A DNA stretch of 64,000 bases from Polyangiaceae bacterium (GCA_965222375.1 CBDCTZ010000016.1:1120001-1184000), one strand, 5' to 3'; counted from the stretch's first letter, positions 40,801 to 51,159 are shown. Notes: a model not told the origin generated them from the letters alone. Numbers and translations: made by a program.

Positions 40801-41282
40801 GGCCTGTGCAACCGGCACGCTACGGGGGAGCACTCGCGTCGGGTAGCGCTCGCCTTGGAGACTTGTGCGCGGGGGATGTCACGCCGCCGGTCATTCAGGC
40901 GATTGTTGCAACGCCGACTTGTCTGTGGCCCCCGAACGGCAAGCTCGTGTCGTATCGGCTCCGCGATGACCTGGCGGTAACCGTGAGCGACGAATGCGAT
41001 GTGCACCCGGAGGTGCGGATAGCGGGGATACAGGTCATCGACTCCGGAAAGGCCAAGAAGACTCCTTTTTTCTATGGGGACTCGGGATTCTGCTTGCGCG
41101 CGCAACGCTCTGGTGGGTCGCGCGAGTACGTCGTGACGGTGGAAGCACGAGACGACCATGGCAACGTCTCGACCGCAAACGTGACGATTCAAGTGCCGCA
41201 CAGCCAAGGCTCTTCCTCCGGCTGTCCGGCTCTTGATCCGAAGTCCGTTGTCAAAGACGGTGACGTGCTCTGCGCGTTCTAG
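37808..41282 (+). pseudogene. Trypsin-like protease / FG-GAP repeat lipoprotein, split by two -1 frameshifts (or assembly errors)
   Basis: 37808-37951 encodes an LVGC lipobox. The next frame has LSAAH, D.AL, GDSGGP and FG-GAP repeats. The third frame continues FG-GAP and ends in an LWPPNGKL Ig-like domain. Confidence 0.8.
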
Positions 41283-41403
41283 TACCTCGGCACCGGGACC
41301 GGTTGATCGTCATGGGGCGCTGAGAACTCGCGCATGCTCACACTAGATTAGCGCTCCGCACGTCGCCACGACCCCAATCAAGTCCCGACAATCTCGCGGT
41401 CAC

Positions 41404-41448
41404 AAAAAAATGCGACGAGCCCCACCGAAATGGCAGGGCTCGTTCGCA
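41404..41448 (-). terminator. Intrinsic terminator of the 41466..42299 gene
   Basis: A7 run followed by the stem tgcgacgagccc / gggctcgttcgca. Confidence 0.75.
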
Positions 41449-41465
41449 GGGTTGAACGGGTAGAC

Positions 41466-42299
41466 TCAGGGGTAAGCGTCGATGTTGAGACTGCATTCCA
41501 ACCAGTCATCGGCGCATTTCCCAGTCTTGGGCACTGAGTTTTCGTAACACACGATGATGTCTTGGCGGGTTTGTTGATCCATCGAATTGAGCGCGACTTG
41601 ACACTCAAACTCCGTGATGCCCGAGGCGCCTGGACAGCTTGTTTCAACATCCTTGCACGTGACCACCCCGGCTTCGAACGGGACGCCGCCAGTGTCGCAT
41701 GCCTGGGGGAACACGCTTGCGATGCAGTTGTTGACGCCTGTGGTGTGAGAGGCGTCGCAAGCGGATGCTGCGGGGAGGGCATTGAGGCAAGCGAATAGCG
41801 CTTCGGTAACGCCTGGGCGGCCGTGGGTCTCCATGTACTCGCACAGGCTGACGCCGTCGGGAGGGGGAGAACCTGCGCCCGGGCACTTGGTGGAGGCATA
41901 GGGTAACCCGCCACAAAGTCCGATCTCGATGCCTGCATCCGGCCCGGTTCCGGTATCGTCCAGACACTTGGTGCCCGCGTCGCCACCTGCCGAGCCGCCG
42001 GCTCCGGCGCCTCCGTCAGTGCCGCCGTCAGTGCCACCGGCGCCTGCGCTGCCTGCCGAGCCAGCGCTACCCGCGGAACCCGCGCTGCCTGCCGAGCCCG
42101 CGCTGCCCGCCGTGCCGCCTGAGCCTGCGCTACCTGCCGCGCCCGAGCTTCCGCCACCCGATCCCGCGCTGCCGCCACCGGTGCCGCCGGTGTTGTTGTT
42201 GTCATCCACGTCCTGGTTGACGGTACAGCCCGCGGCCAGAGCGCCCGCGGACGCCAAAACAGCGGTAAACTTCAAGAATTGCTCGAGCTTGAGTTGCAT
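41466..42299 (-). CDS. Lipoprotein with Gly/Ser/Ala linker and Cys-rich domain
   Basis: AAGC lipobox, (AGS)n linker, about 10 Cys in the C-terminal domain; AAGGAGG RBS. Confidence 0.82.
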   Translation of the reverse strand: MQLKLEQFLKFTAVLASAGALAAGCTVNQDVDDNNNTGGTGGGSAGSGGGSSGAAGSAGSGGTAGSAGSAGSAGSAGSAGSAGSAGAGGTDGGTDGGAGAGGSAGGDAGTKCLDDTGTGPDAGIEIGLCGGLPYASTKCPGAGSPPPDGVSLCEYMETHGRPGVTEALFACLNALPAASACDASHTTGVNNCIASVFPQACDTGGVPFEAGVVTCKDVETSCPGASGITEFECQVALNSMDQQTRQDIIVCYENSVPKTGKCADDWLECSLNIDAYP

Positions 42300-42760
42300 G
42301 TAAGCAGCCCTCCTTTAGTAATTGCGGCAGAGAAAGTGACCCAAATCGCCTGATGCGGTCTCCCAGACCGCTGTCAGACCCCAACCATGGTCTGACGATA
42401 AGGATACGTAGGCGATTCGAACAGACTACCTTAGCTGGCGAAAAATTCTGAGGCCTGATTGCTGGCCCTGTCCCAGGGCCCGGTTTTCCCCGGAATGGCC
42501 CAGGAATTGCGGGGAACAGTTGAGCAGTGTTTTTCCTGCAGTTTTCAGGCTTTCAACGGGCTTGCGCAGGATGGGGGGCTCTGCTAGTTAGGCGTCCCCT
42601 TTTTCAGCGCCCCCCGTGCGGCCTCGAGCTGTCCGGAAAGCGTTGAACGCCGCGACCTTCGCGGCTCGGGTCGCCACTAGGGCGACCGACATGGGCCGCC
42701 AACCACGCCGGATTTCCGGCGCAGGGGCGTCGACTCGGTACCGACCGGGACAGGAACGAT

Positions 42761-43108
42761 GTGGCAATGATCAGCCGAGCAAAAGCTAACTTTCAGCGAA
42801 TCAGCCCGCGCAAAGCGCGAATGGTCATCAATCTCGTGCGCGGTCGTGACGCCGCGGAAGCTTTGCAGCTTCTGGACTTCGTGCCCAAGGCAGGCGCGCC
42901 GGTCGTCAAGAAGCTGATCGCGAGCGCGGTTGCCAACGCCAAGGTTTCACGGCCGGACGTCGATGTTGACGGATTGTTCGTCAGCAAGGCGGCGGTCGAC
43001 AAGGCACCAGATTCACACATGCGGCGGTGGCGTCCTCGCGCGATGGGTCGCGCAACGCGTGTCGTCAAAGGAATGAGCCACATCATCATCGAACTTGATG
43101 AGCGCTGA
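42761..43108 (+). CDS. rplV: 50S ribosomal protein L22
   Basis: ISPRKARMV, PRAMGRA, SHIII. Confidence 0.97.
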   Translation: MAMISRAKANFQRISPRKARMVINLVRGRDAAEALQLLDFVPKAGAPVVKKLIASAVANAKVSRPDVDVDGLFVSKAAVDKAPDSHMRRWRPRAMGRATRVVKGMSHIIIELDER

Positions 43109-43117
43109 GGACTAACG

Positions 43118-43810
43118 ATGGGACAAAAGACACACCCCTACGGCTTTCGGCTCGGCGTCATCAAGACGTGGACGAGCAAGTGGTACGAAGACGGCCACTA
43201 CACGAAGTGGTTGCACGAAGACATTCGCATCAAGCGTGCGGTGAAGGAATACCTCTACAACGCGAACGTTGCGAGCGTCGAGGTCGAGCGCGCGGCCAAC
43301 AAGGCCAAGGTCATCGTGTACACGGCACGCCCTGGCATGGTCATCGGCAAAGGTGGCAAGGGCATCGAGATTCTGAAGAGTGGCAACTTGGACTCGGCCC
43401 AAAAGGGGGAGACGAAGTTCCCCGGCGTTCAGTCCTTCACGGACAACGAAGTCTTCATCGACGTTCAGGAAGTCCGGAAGGCTGAAACCAACGCTCAGCT
43501 CGTGGCGGAGAACGTCGCGACTCAGCTGGAGCGCCGAATCGCGTTCCGCCGCGCCATGAAGAAGGCGCTCACCACGGCGATGAAGTTCGGCGCCAAGGGC
43601 GTGCGCATCCGCTGTGCAGGTCGGCTGGGCGGCTCCGAGATGGGGCGCGTGGAGACCTACCGCGAGGGCCGAGTGCCCCTACACACTTTGCGCGCAGACG
43701 TGGACTTCGGTCTCGCGGAGGCTCGCACCACCTACGGCATCATCGGTGTCAAAGTCTGGATTTTCAAAGGCGAGGTCTTGCAGCGCAAGGCACGTCGCAT
43801 TCCCGAGTGA
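43118..43810 (+). CDS. rpsC: 30S ribosomal protein S3
   Basis: [24 protein letters not shown]. Confidence 0.98.
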   Translation: MGQKTHPYGFRLGVIKTWTSKWYEDGHYTKWLHEDIRIKRAVKEYLYNANVASVEVERAANKAKVIVYTARPGMVIGKGGKGIEILKSGNLDSAQKGETKFPGVQSFTDNEVFIDVQEVRKAETNAQLVAENVATQLERRIAFRRAMKKALTTAMKFGAKGVRIRCAGRLGGSEMGRVETYREGRVPLHTLRADVDFGLAEARTTYGIIGVKVWIFKGEVLQRKARRIPE

Positions 43811-43831
43811 GCCAGCCCAAAGAGGCGAGCC

Positions 43832-44245
43832 ATGCTGCAACCTAAACGAACCAAGTTCCGAAAAGCCCAAAAGGGCAAAAACCGCGGTCTCGCGTGGCGT
43901 GGCAGTGATGTGTCCTTCGGGGACTACGCACTGCAGGCCGTGGGGCGTGGCCGCCTGACGGGCCGTCAGATCGAAGCCGCTCGTATGGCGATTCAGCGCC
44001 ATGTCAAGCGCGCCGGTAATCTGTTCATCCGCGTCTTCCCCGACAAGCCGGTTTCCAAGAAGCCCCTCGAAGTCCGCATGGGTAGCGGCAAAGGCGCCGT
44101 GGAGTTCTGGGTGGCCATCGTCAAGCCCGGCCGCGTCCTGTTCGAGATCACCGGCGTCCCGGAGGAGCTGGCGAAAGAAGCCTTCAAGCTGGCTTCGACC
44201 AAGCTGCCCCTGGAAACCCGCTTCTTGGTGCGAGGAGATCTGTAA
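43832..44245 (+). CDS. rplP: 50S ribosomal protein L16
   Basis: [18 protein letters not shown]. Confidence 0.98.
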   Translation: MLQPKRTKFRKAQKGKNRGLAWRGSDVSFGDYALQAVGRGRLTGRQIEAARMAIQRHVKRAGNLFIRVFPDKPVSKKPLEVRMGSGKGAVEFWVAIVKPGRVLFEITGVPEELAKEAFKLASTKLPLETRFLVRGDL

Positions 44246-44445
44246 TGAAGGGCAGTGAGCTCAGGGAGCGGACGACCGAGGACTTGACCGAGCTGCAGAG
44301 TGCGCTCGAAAAGGACCTCTTTTCGTACCGAATGAAGAACTACACGGGCCAGCTCGACGACACGAGCCTGATCAAGAAGACCCGTAAGGATTTGGCGCGA
44401 ATCGTCCAGATTCTGCACGAGCGCGTGAAGGAGCCGCAGGCATGA
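44245..44445 (+). CDS. rpmC: 50S ribosomal protein L29
   Basis: GQL...IKKTRKDLARI; synteny. Confidence 0.95.
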   Translation: MKGSELRERTTEDLTELQSALEKDLFSYRMKNYTGQLDDTSLIKKTRKDLARIVQILHERVKEPQA

Positions 44446-44735
44446 CCACGGAAGCAGCAGCGCAGAAGACCAGCGCACCGTCCAGGCGCCGTCTGGTGGG
44501 TCGTATCAAGAGCGACAAGATGGACAAGACCGTCGTTGTCGAGGTGGTCCGCTACAAGATGGACCCCATGTACAAGAAGTACGTCCGTGTTCGTCAGCGC
44601 TATCAGGCGCACGACGAGAAGAACGAGTTCCGCGCGGGCGACCGCGTAGAGATCGTCGAGCACCGCCCCATATCGAAGCACAAGCGGTGGAAGGTCGTTC
44701 GATTGCTCGAGCGTCCCGCTCAAGAGCTTTCCTGA
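44442..44735 (+). CDS. rpsQ: 30S ribosomal protein S17
   Basis: SDKMDKTVVV, RPISKHKRW. Confidence 0.97.
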   Translation: MTTEAAAQKTSAPSRRRLVGRIKSDKMDKTVVVEVVRYKMDPMYKKYVRVRQRYQAHDEKNEFRAGDRVEIVEHRPISKHKRWKVVRLLERPAQELS

Positions 44736-44747
44736 GGAGTCGCCGTC

Positions 44748-45116
44748 ATGATTCAAGCAGAATCCTTCCTGGACATTGCCGACAACTCCGGCGCCAAGCT
44801 GGTGCAGTGCATCAAGGTGCTCGGCGGTTCCCGGCGGCGCTATGCGGCGCTCGGGGACATCATTGTCGTCAGCATCAAGGAGGCGCTGCCGGGCAGCAAG
44901 GTCAAGAAGGGCGATACCGCCAAGGCGGTTGTCGTGCGGACCAAGCGTGAGTACCGCAGGCAAGACGGCAGCTACATCAAGTTCGACGACAACAGCGCGG
45001 TCCTAATCAACGCTCAGATGGAGCCGGTTGGAACCCGCATTTTTGGACCCGTCGCCCGCGAGCTGCGCGGCAAGCGGTTCATGAAGATCATCTCCTTGGC
45101 ACCGGAAGTGCTGTGA
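44748..45116 (+). CDS. rplN: 50S ribosomal protein L14
   Basis: [19 protein letters not shown]. Confidence 0.98.
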   Translation: MIQAESFLDIADNSGAKLVQCIKVLGGSRRRYAALGDIIVVSIKEALPGSKVKKGDTAKAVVVRTKREYRRQDGSYIKFDDNSAVLINAQMEPVGTRIFGPVARELRGKRFMKIISLAPEVL

Positions 45117-45147
45117 GAGCCACGGAGTCAGGATTCGGGAGCTAGAT

Positions 45148-45471
45148 ATGCAGCGCGTCAGAGTCGGAGACGAGGTCATCGTCATCAGCGGTAACGAGAA
45201 GGGCAAGCGTGGCAAAGTCATGCGCGTGCTCAAGGAGCAGAACCGCGTGGTGGTCGAGGGCATCAATCGCATCAAGCGCCACATGAAAGCCAGTCAGGCT
45301 GGGCCAGGCGGAATTCTGGAGGTCGAGGCACCGTTGCACCTCAGCAACGTCATGCCGATCGATCCCGAGGGTGGCAAACCCACGCGGGTCCGCTTCCAAG
45401 AGAAGGACGGAAGCAAGGTCCGCGTAGCCAAGAGCGGCGCGACCATTGTCGCTGCGTCGTCAGGGGAATGA
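45148..45471 (+). CDS. rplX: 50S ribosomal protein L24
   Basis: KOW motif [18 protein letters not shown]. Confidence 0.97.
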   Translation: MQRVRVGDEVIVISGNEKGKRGKVMRVLKEQNRVVVEGINRIKRHMKASQAGPGGILEVEAPLHLSNVMPIDPEGGKPTRVRFQEKDGSKVRVAKSGATIVAASSGE

Positions 45472-46037
45472 GCACCATGAACGATACTGCCGTGCCCGCG
45501 CCGCGAATGCGGGAGAAGTACAACAAGGAGGCCGTCAAGGCCTTGATGGAGCGCTTCGGCTACAAGAATCCGATGCAGGTGCCCCGGCTCACGAAAATCG
45601 TCGTGAACATGGGCCTTGGGGAAGCCGTGGGCAATCCGAAACTGGTCGATGCGGCCGTGAAGGAACTCGCCACGATTACCGGTCAGAAAGCGATCGTGAC
45701 CCGAGCCAAGAAGTCCATTGCCAGCTTCAAGTTGCGAGAAGGCATGCCCATCGGCGCCAAGGTGACCCTGCGCAAGGAGCGCATGTGGGAGTTCCTCGAT
45801 CGACTGATCACCTTGAGCTTGCCTCGGGTGCGAGACTTCCGCGGCGTCAGCCCCCGGGCCTTCGACGGCGCCGGCAACTACACTCTGGGTCTGCGTGAGC
45901 AGATCGTGTTTCCCGAGATCAGCTTCGACGGTGTCGACAAGGTCAAGGGCATGAACGTCACCATCAACTCCACGGCTTCCAACGACGAAGAGGCGAAAGA
46001 GCTTCTCAAGCTGCTTGGAATGCCCTTCCGCAACTGA
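45468..46037 (+). CDS. rplE: 50S ribosomal protein L5
   Basis: [18 protein letters not shown]. Confidence 0.98.
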   Translation: MSTMNDTAVPAPRMREKYNKEAVKALMERFGYKNPMQVPRLTKIVVNMGLGEAVGNPKLVDAAVKELATITGQKAIVTRAKKSIASFKLREGMPIGAKVTLRKERMWEFLDRLITLSLPRVRDFRGVSPRAFDGAGNYTLGLREQIVFPEISFDGVDKVKGMNVTINSTASNDEEAKELLKLLGMPFRN

Positions 46038-46064
46038 TCAACGGACAAGAGGAATCGAGAATCA

Positions 46065-46250
46065 ATGGCACGCGCATCACAGTGGGCGAAACTCAACCGA
46101 GTGCCGAAGTTTTCCACTCGGCAGCATAACCGCTGCCAGGTTTGTGGACGCTCTCGCGCCTTTTACCGGGACTTCAAACTTTGCCGGGTTTGCCTGCGCC
46201 TCTTGGGGCTCAAGGGCGAACTTCCTGGCGTCACCAAGGCTAGCTGGTGA
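46065..46250 (+). CDS. rpsN: 30S ribosomal protein S14, short Zn-binding type
   Basis: 61 aa; RCQVCGR and LCRVCLR. Confidence 0.95.
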   Translation: MARASQWAKLNRVPKFSTRQHNRCQVCGRSRAFYRDFKLCRVCLRLLGLKGELPGVTKASW

Positions 46251-46254
46251 GACT

Positions 46255-46656
46255 ATGTTGACTGACCCCGTTTCCGACCTCTTGGCACGCATTCGCAACG
46301 CAGCGTTGGCGCGTCACGAGTTCACGAACGTCCCCCACAGCAAGCTGAAGGCTGGCATTGCGCAGCTTCTCAAGCGTGAGGGCTACATCGCGGACGTGCG
46401 TACCGAGAAGATCGGCTCGCAGCCCCGAGAGACCCTGACCATCGTGCTCAAGTACACCAAGGAGCGCAAAGCTGCCTTCCGCGGTCTCAAGCGTGTCTCC
46501 AAGCCCGGTCGGCGGGTCTACGTCCGCTACAGCGAAATTCCGCGGGTGCTGAGCGGCCTCGGAGTGTCCATCCTCAGCACCTCTCACGGCCTGATGACGG
46601 ACGGAGACGCGCGCAGCAAGAAGGTCGGCGGGGAGCTCCTCTGCGAGGTTTGGTGA
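46255..46656 (+). CDS. rpsH: 30S ribosomal protein S8
   Basis: TDPVSDLLARIRN, SKPGRRVY, GGELLCEVW. Confidence 0.97.
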   Translation: MLTDPVSDLLARIRNAALARHEFTNVPHSKLKAGIAQLLKREGYIADVRTEKIGSQPRETLTIVLKYTKERKAAFRGLKRVSKPGRRVYVRYSEIPRVLSGLGVSILSTSHGLMTDGDARSKKVGGELLCEVW

Positions 46657-47234
46657 TGGAAGCGCAAGGTCAAAAAGAGTCCCGACTTGGCAAGCGGCCC
46701 ATCGCCGTGCCCAAGGGCGTGACTGTGAACGTCAAGCCTGGCAGGGTGGAGGTGCAAGGGCCCAAGGGCAAGCTGCACCGCGTGCTGCCAGAGATCGTGA
46801 AGGTCAATCGGGACGGGGAAAACCTGGTCATCGACGCGACGGCCGCCAAGAAGGATGCTCCTCGACTGCAGGGGCTGAGCCGCGCGCTGGTCGCCGCCAT
46901 GGTCAAGGGTGCCGCCGAGGGCTTCGAGAAGACCCTGGAGCTGCACGGCACGGGTTACCGCTGCGAAGCCAAGGGCAAGAAGCTAGTGATGCAGTTGGGC
47001 TTCTCTCACCCAGTGGAGTTCGAGCTGCCGCCCGAGGTTAACGCGACGATCCCCGGCGACAGCAAGGGCACGGTGCTGATTCTTTCCAGCGCCGACAAGG
47101 CCGCCCTCGGGCAGGCCGCAGCCACGATTCGCTCATTCCGACCCCCGGAGCCCTACGCGGGCAAGGGTGTCCGTTTCCGGGGCGAGCAGATTCGTCGCAA
47201 AGCCGGTAAAGCGGGCAAGGGCGGCAAGAAGTAG
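46656..47234 (+). CDS. rplF: 50S ribosomal protein L6
   Basis: [18 protein letters not shown]. Confidence 0.97.
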   Translation: MEAQGQKESRLGKRPIAVPKGVTVNVKPGRVEVQGPKGKLHRVLPEIVKVNRDGENLVIDATAAKKDAPRLQGLSRALVAAMVKGAAEGFEKTLELHGTGYRCEAKGKKLVMQLGFSHPVEFELPPEVNATIPGDSKGTVLILSSADKAALGQAAATIRSFRPPEPYAGKGVRFRGEQIRRKAGKAGKGGKK

Positions 47235-47257
47235 GCAGATTTCAGGCAGGACGAGCA

Positions 47258-47620
47258 ATGAAGCACGGAAAGCTAACAGGACGACAGCGGCGCAAATTGC
47301 GCATTCGCAACAAGATCTCCGGTGGACCGGACCGTCCGCGCCTCACGGTATTTCGAAGCGCGAAGCACATCTACGCGCAGGTCGTCGACGATGGCTACGG
47401 CAAGACCATCGCAGCCGTATCCACACTCTCTCGAGATCTAAAGCCCACCCTGGGCGAGGACTCCAAGACGGACGCGGCGAAGAAGGTTGGCGCCTTGCTC
47501 GCAAAAATGTGTCTCGAAAAGAAGGTCGCCAAGGTCGTCTTCGACCGCAATGGTTATCTGTATCACGGCCGCGTGAAAGCGCTGGCAGACGCAGCCCGCG
47601 AAGCCGGGCTTTCATTCTGA
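47258..47620 (+). CDS. rplR: 50S ribosomal protein L18
   Basis: [21 protein letters not shown]. Confidence 0.98.
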   Translation: MKHGKLTGRQRRKLRIRNKISGGPDRPRLTVFRSAKHIYAQVVDDGYGKTIAAVSTLSRDLKPTLGEDSKTDAAKKVGALLAKMCLEKKVAKVVFDRNGYLYHGRVKALADAAREAGLSF

Positions 47621-47640
47621 TTTAGAGCGGAAAAACGAAA

Positions 47641-48231
47641 ATGGCATTCGAACAATACGACGAAGACAAGCTGAAAGAGCGCGTCATCCACATCAATCGC
47701 GTCGCGAAGGTGGTGAAGGGTGGTCGTCGTTTCAGCTTCGCCGCCTTGGTGGTCGTTGGTGATGAGGCTGGCCACGTCGGTGTGGGCTTGGGCAAGGCCA
47801 ATGAGGTGCCGGAAGCCATCCGCAAGGGTAACGACCAGGCGCGCAAGAATCTGGTCAAGGTTCCGATGATCGGCGCCACGATTCCTCATGGAGCCATTGG
47901 TCAATACGGCGCGGGTCGCGTGCTGCTCCGGCCTGCGGCTCCTGGTACTGGCGTCATCGCCGGCGGCCCGGTGCGCGCCGTGGTCGAGTCGGCCGGGATT
48001 CAGGACATCCTGAGCAAGTGTCTGGGCTCCGCCAACAAGTACAACGTGGTCAACGCCACCATCGAGGCACTCAAGTCTCTGCGCACTCCGACGGATGTCG
48101 CGGGTGCGCGCGACATGGACGTCGACGCGGTGACGGCGGACTACCCTGTGCAGCGCATGAGCTCTCAGGCAGCGGTTGCTCAGTCCATCGTGGCTTCCTC
48201 GACCGACGGCACGAATGGAGTGACGCCGTGA
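47641..48231 (+). CDS. rpsE: 30S ribosomal protein S5
   Basis: [21 protein letters not shown]. Confidence 0.98.
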   Translation: MAFEQYDEDKLKERVIHINRVAKVVKGGRRFSFAALVVVGDEAGHVGVGLGKANEVPEAIRKGNDQARKNLVKVPMIGATIPHGAIGQYGAGRVLLRPAAPGTGVIAGGPVRAVVESAGIQDILSKCLGSANKYNVVNATIEALKSLRTPTDVAGARDMDVDAVTADYPVQRMSSQAAVAQSIVASSTDGTNGVTP

Positions 48232-48419
48232 GTACGCAGAAGCTAGCTGTACGACAGGTGAGGAGTGCGATTGGGCGCTCCCATCCCCAGCGACGAGTTC
48301 TCAAGGGGCTCGGTTTGCGCGGGATTGGTTCCTCGGTCGAGGTGGACAACACCCCCTCGTTCCGCGGCATGGTCAAGAAGGTGATGCATCTCGTCGAGGT
48401 GCAGGAGAAGAAGTCATGA
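48228..48419 (+). CDS. rpmD: 50S ribosomal protein L30
   Basis: GTG 48228; [17 protein letters not shown]. Confidence 0.93.
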   Translation: MSTQKLAVRQVRSAIGRSHPQRRVLKGLGLRGIGSSVEVDNTPSFRGMVKKVMHLVEVQEKKS

Positions 48420-48895
48420 GCGACATTCTTTCTCGTCTCGCCCCTCCCGACGGCGCGCGCACTCGTGAGAAGCGCGTGGGCCGTGGTGTGGGAAGCAAGT
48501 TGGGCAAGACCGGTGGTCGCGGCCAAAAGGGCCAAAAAGCCCGTCAGCCCGGCAACATCAACAAGCTGCATTTCCAGGGCGGTCAGACGCCGATTCAACG
48601 GCGCTTGCCCAAGCGTGGTTTTCGCGTGCCTTTCCCCATCAAGACCGTGGCGGTGAACGTCTCGTCCCTCGAGCGTTTCGACGCCGGCACGGAGGTCACG
48701 GAAGACTTGCTTCGCTCGTCTCGCCTGGTCCAGAAACGGGGCGCGCGTATCAAGATCCTGGGTGAAGGGGAACTGACCAAGAAGCTGACCGTCAGTGCGC
48801 ACGGTTTCAGCAAGTCCGCCCAAGCCAAGATCGAGAAGGCTGGCGGCAAGGTCGTCGTGCTCGCGAGCACGGCCGAGCCCGCCCAGGCTGACTGA
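48416..48895 (+). CDS. rplO: 50S ribosomal protein L15
   Basis: GRGQKGQKAR, GGQTPIQRRLPKRGF. Confidence 0.97.
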   Translation: MSDILSRLAPPDGARTREKRVGRGVGSKLGKTGGRGQKGQKARQPGNINKLHFQGGQTPIQRRLPKRGFRVPFPIKTVAVNVSSLERFDAGTEVTEDLLRSSRLVQKRGARIKILGEGELTKKLTVSAHGFSKSAQAKIEKAGGKVVVLASTAEPAQAD

Positions 48896-48979
48896 GGGCG
48901 CTGCGAGCTCCGAGCCGAGCTTTAGCCGCTATTGTCGATGTCCAGCGAGAGAAACGAGAGCTTCGTACCCAGGTGAGTC

Positions 48980-50311
48980 ATGGCGGTTGCTGGCGGCTTC
49001 TCTAATATCACCAAGGTTCCCGAGCTTCGTCGGCGAATAGCCTTCTCTCTCGGGATCATCGCGCTGTATCGCGTCGGCGTTTTCATCACCACTCCAGGTG
49101 TTGATCGCAACGTGATGAAGAGCGTGATCAGCCAGCAGGGTGGCTTGCTGGGCCTGTTCAATCTGTTCTCGGGTGGCGCACTCGAGAATCTGTCCATCTT
49201 CGCTCTCGGCATCATGCCGTACATCTCGGCCAGCATCATCATGCAGCTCTTGGGCATGGTGAGTAAGCAGGTCGAGGAGATGAAGAAGGAGGGCGAAGCC
49301 GGTCGCCGCAAGCTGGAGCAATACACTCGCTACGGTACGATCTTGCTCTCCGCGTTCCAGTCTTTCGGTGTGGCGTTGTACCTGGAGGGGTTGAACGACG
49401 CCGACATGGGCGGCGGCAACTTCGGCGACGTCGTTCAGAGTTCGGGCTGGGGTTTCCGCCTGCTGACGATGATCACCCTGACCACGGGCACGGCTTTGAT
49501 CATGTGGCTGGGTGAGCAGGCCACGGAGCGAGGCATCGGAAACGGCATTTCGCTGATCATCTTCGCCAGTATCGTCAGCGGCATTCCCTCTGGCATCGGC
49601 CAGTATTGGTCCGCGAACGCAGGCCAGATCGAGCCCCTCACGATCGCCATCCTGGGCGCTGTCATCCTGGTCAGCGTGGCCATGGTCGTGTTCTTCGAGC
49701 GCGCCCAACGCCAGGTGCCGATTCAGTACGCTCGGCGGCAGGTGGGGCGGCACATCTATGGCGGCCGCAGCGCACATCTGCCGCTGAAGGTGAACATGGC
49801 GAGCATGATCCCGCCCATCTTCGCTTCCAGCTTGCTGCTCTTCCCGACCACGCTGGCGAACTTCAACATCCCGGGCATGACGCGCTTCGCCGCGGCACTG
49901 AACCGCGGGGATTGGGTGTTCCACACTCTCTTTGGCGCTCTCGTCATCTTTTTCTGCTTCTTCTACACGGCAGTGACATTTCAGCCCGTGGACGTCGCCG
50001 ACAACCTGAAGAAGCAGCAGGCCAACATTCCGGGCATCCGCCCCGGTCGACACACCGCCGAGTATTTGGACCGCGTCCTCACGCGGCTGACCGTAGGTGG
50101 CTCCATCTACGTCGCCATCATTTGCGTCGTTCCGGCCGTCATCAGCCAGGCGTTGCGCGTGCCGTTCCAGTTTGGCGGAACCAGTTTGATGATCGTCGTC
50201 GGCGTGGCCCTCGAAACAGTGAACCAAATCGAGGCTCACCTGATCACCCGCAGCTACGAAGGATTGACCGGGCCGCAGGTAACCCGCCTGTCCGGTAGGA
50301 GGGCAACATGA
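48980..50311 (+). CDS. secY: Preprotein translocase SecY
   Basis: SIFALGIMPYISASII, IPGIRPG, GGTSLMIVVGV. Confidence 0.98.
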   Translation: MAVAGGFSNITKVPELRRRIAFSLGIIALYRVGVFITTPGVDRNVMKSVISQQGGLLGLFNLFSGGALENLSIFALGIMPYISASIIMQLLGMVSKQVEEMKKEGEAGRRKLEQYTRYGTILLSAFQSFGVALYLEGLNDADMGGGNFGDVVQSSGWGFRLLTMITLTTGTALIMWLGEQATERGIGNGISLIIFASIVSGIPSGIGQYWSANAGQIEPLTIAILGAVILVSVAMVVFFERAQRQVPIQYARRQVGRHIYGGRSAHLPLKVNMASMIPPIFASSLLLFPTTLANFNIPGMTRFAAALNRGDWVFHTLFGALVIFFCFFYTAVTFQPVDVADNLKKQQANIPGIRPGRHTAEYLDRVLTRLTVGGSIYVAIICVVPAVISQALRVPFQFGGTSLMIVVGVALETVNQIEAHLITRSYEGLTGPQVTRLSGRRAT

Positions 50312-50943
50312 GCGAGGGGCACCGAATGGTCCTGGTGGGGCCGCCGGCTAGTGGCAAAGGCACCCAGGGCAGCATTCTTTCGGAAGCGTTGGGCATCCCC
50401 AAGATCTCGACCGGAGACATGCTTCGCGAGGCTCGGGCCGCTGGCACCGAGCTCGGCAAGAAGGCCGAGGAGTACATGAACTCCGGGAAGCTGGTGCCCG
50501 ACTCCCTCGTGATCGGGCTGGTGGACGAGCGCCTGGACGCCGACGACGCGAAAAAGGGCTTTATTCTCGATGGGTTCCCGCGGACAACAGCCCAGGCGGA
50601 GGCTCTTGAAGCCTTACTGGAAAAGCGAAATTCACCCTTGACCTACGTGCTCCAGATCGACGTGGCCAAGGACCTGCTGGTCGAACGGGCGACCCTGCGC
50701 CGCATCGACAAACAGACTGGACAAATATACCACCTGAAGTACTCTCTCCCGCCCCCGGGGGCCGACCTGGAGCAGCGGCCCGATGACCGGGAAGAGACAG
50801 TACGGCGACGTCTCGACGAGTACGACGCCATGACGGCAGCTTTGCTGCCTTTTTACGAGGAGCGAAAGCTGCTCAAGCGGGTCGACGGAGTCGGCTCGAT
50901 GGAAGAAGTGACCGCACGAATCAACAACGCAATCGGGCGGTAA
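50308..50943 (+). CDS. adk: Adenylate kinase
   Basis: GPPASGKGT, GFILDGFPR. Confidence 0.97.
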   Translation: MSEGHRMVLVGPPASGKGTQGSILSEALGIPKISTGDMLREARAAGTELGKKAEEYMNSGKLVPDSLVIGLVDERLDADDAKKGFILDGFPRTTAQAEALEALLEKRNSPLTYVLQIDVAKDLLVERATLRRIDKQTGQIYHLKYSLPPPGADLEQRPDDREETVRRRLDEYDAMTAALLPFYEERKLLKRVDGVGSMEEVTARINNAIGR

Positions 50944-50964
50944 CGGAGGGTCGATACGGAGAAA

Positions 50965-51159
50965 ATGACATCAGGTGTAGTCGAAGAGGTGTTGCCGAAA
51001 GCCATGTTTCGGGTCCGCCTCGACGATGGTCGCCAGCTTCGCGTGGGTGTTGCCGCGCAGCTACGCCACGCAGTCGTCCGTTTGATCGTTGGCGACCGAG
51101 TGGAAGTCAGAATCTCCCCGCAAGACCCCAACCGAGGACAAGTCACTAGGAAGCTTTGA
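50965..51159 (+). CDS. infA: Divergent translation initiation factor IF-1-like protein
   Basis: [14 protein letters not shown] and GDRV.V.ISP.D..RG; lies at the infA position between adk and rpmJ. Confidence 0.72.
   Translation: MTSGVVEEVLPKAMFRVRLDDGRQLRVGVAAQLRHAVVRLIVGDRVEVRISPQDPNRGQVTRKL

Noticed and set aside
41990..42190. Degenerate 9/18-bp DNA repeats
   Set aside because: They simply encode the (AGS)n linker of the lipoprotein.
32247..42760. Integron cassette array, prophage or ICE
   Set aside because: No integrase, phage or conjugation genes; no attC-like RYYYAAC...GTTRRRY units seen; gene orientations are mixed.
50941..50964. adk-infA readthrough fusion (same frame, single TAA)
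   Set aside because: One-in-three chance of being in frame, TAA is rarely read through, and infA has its own ATG.
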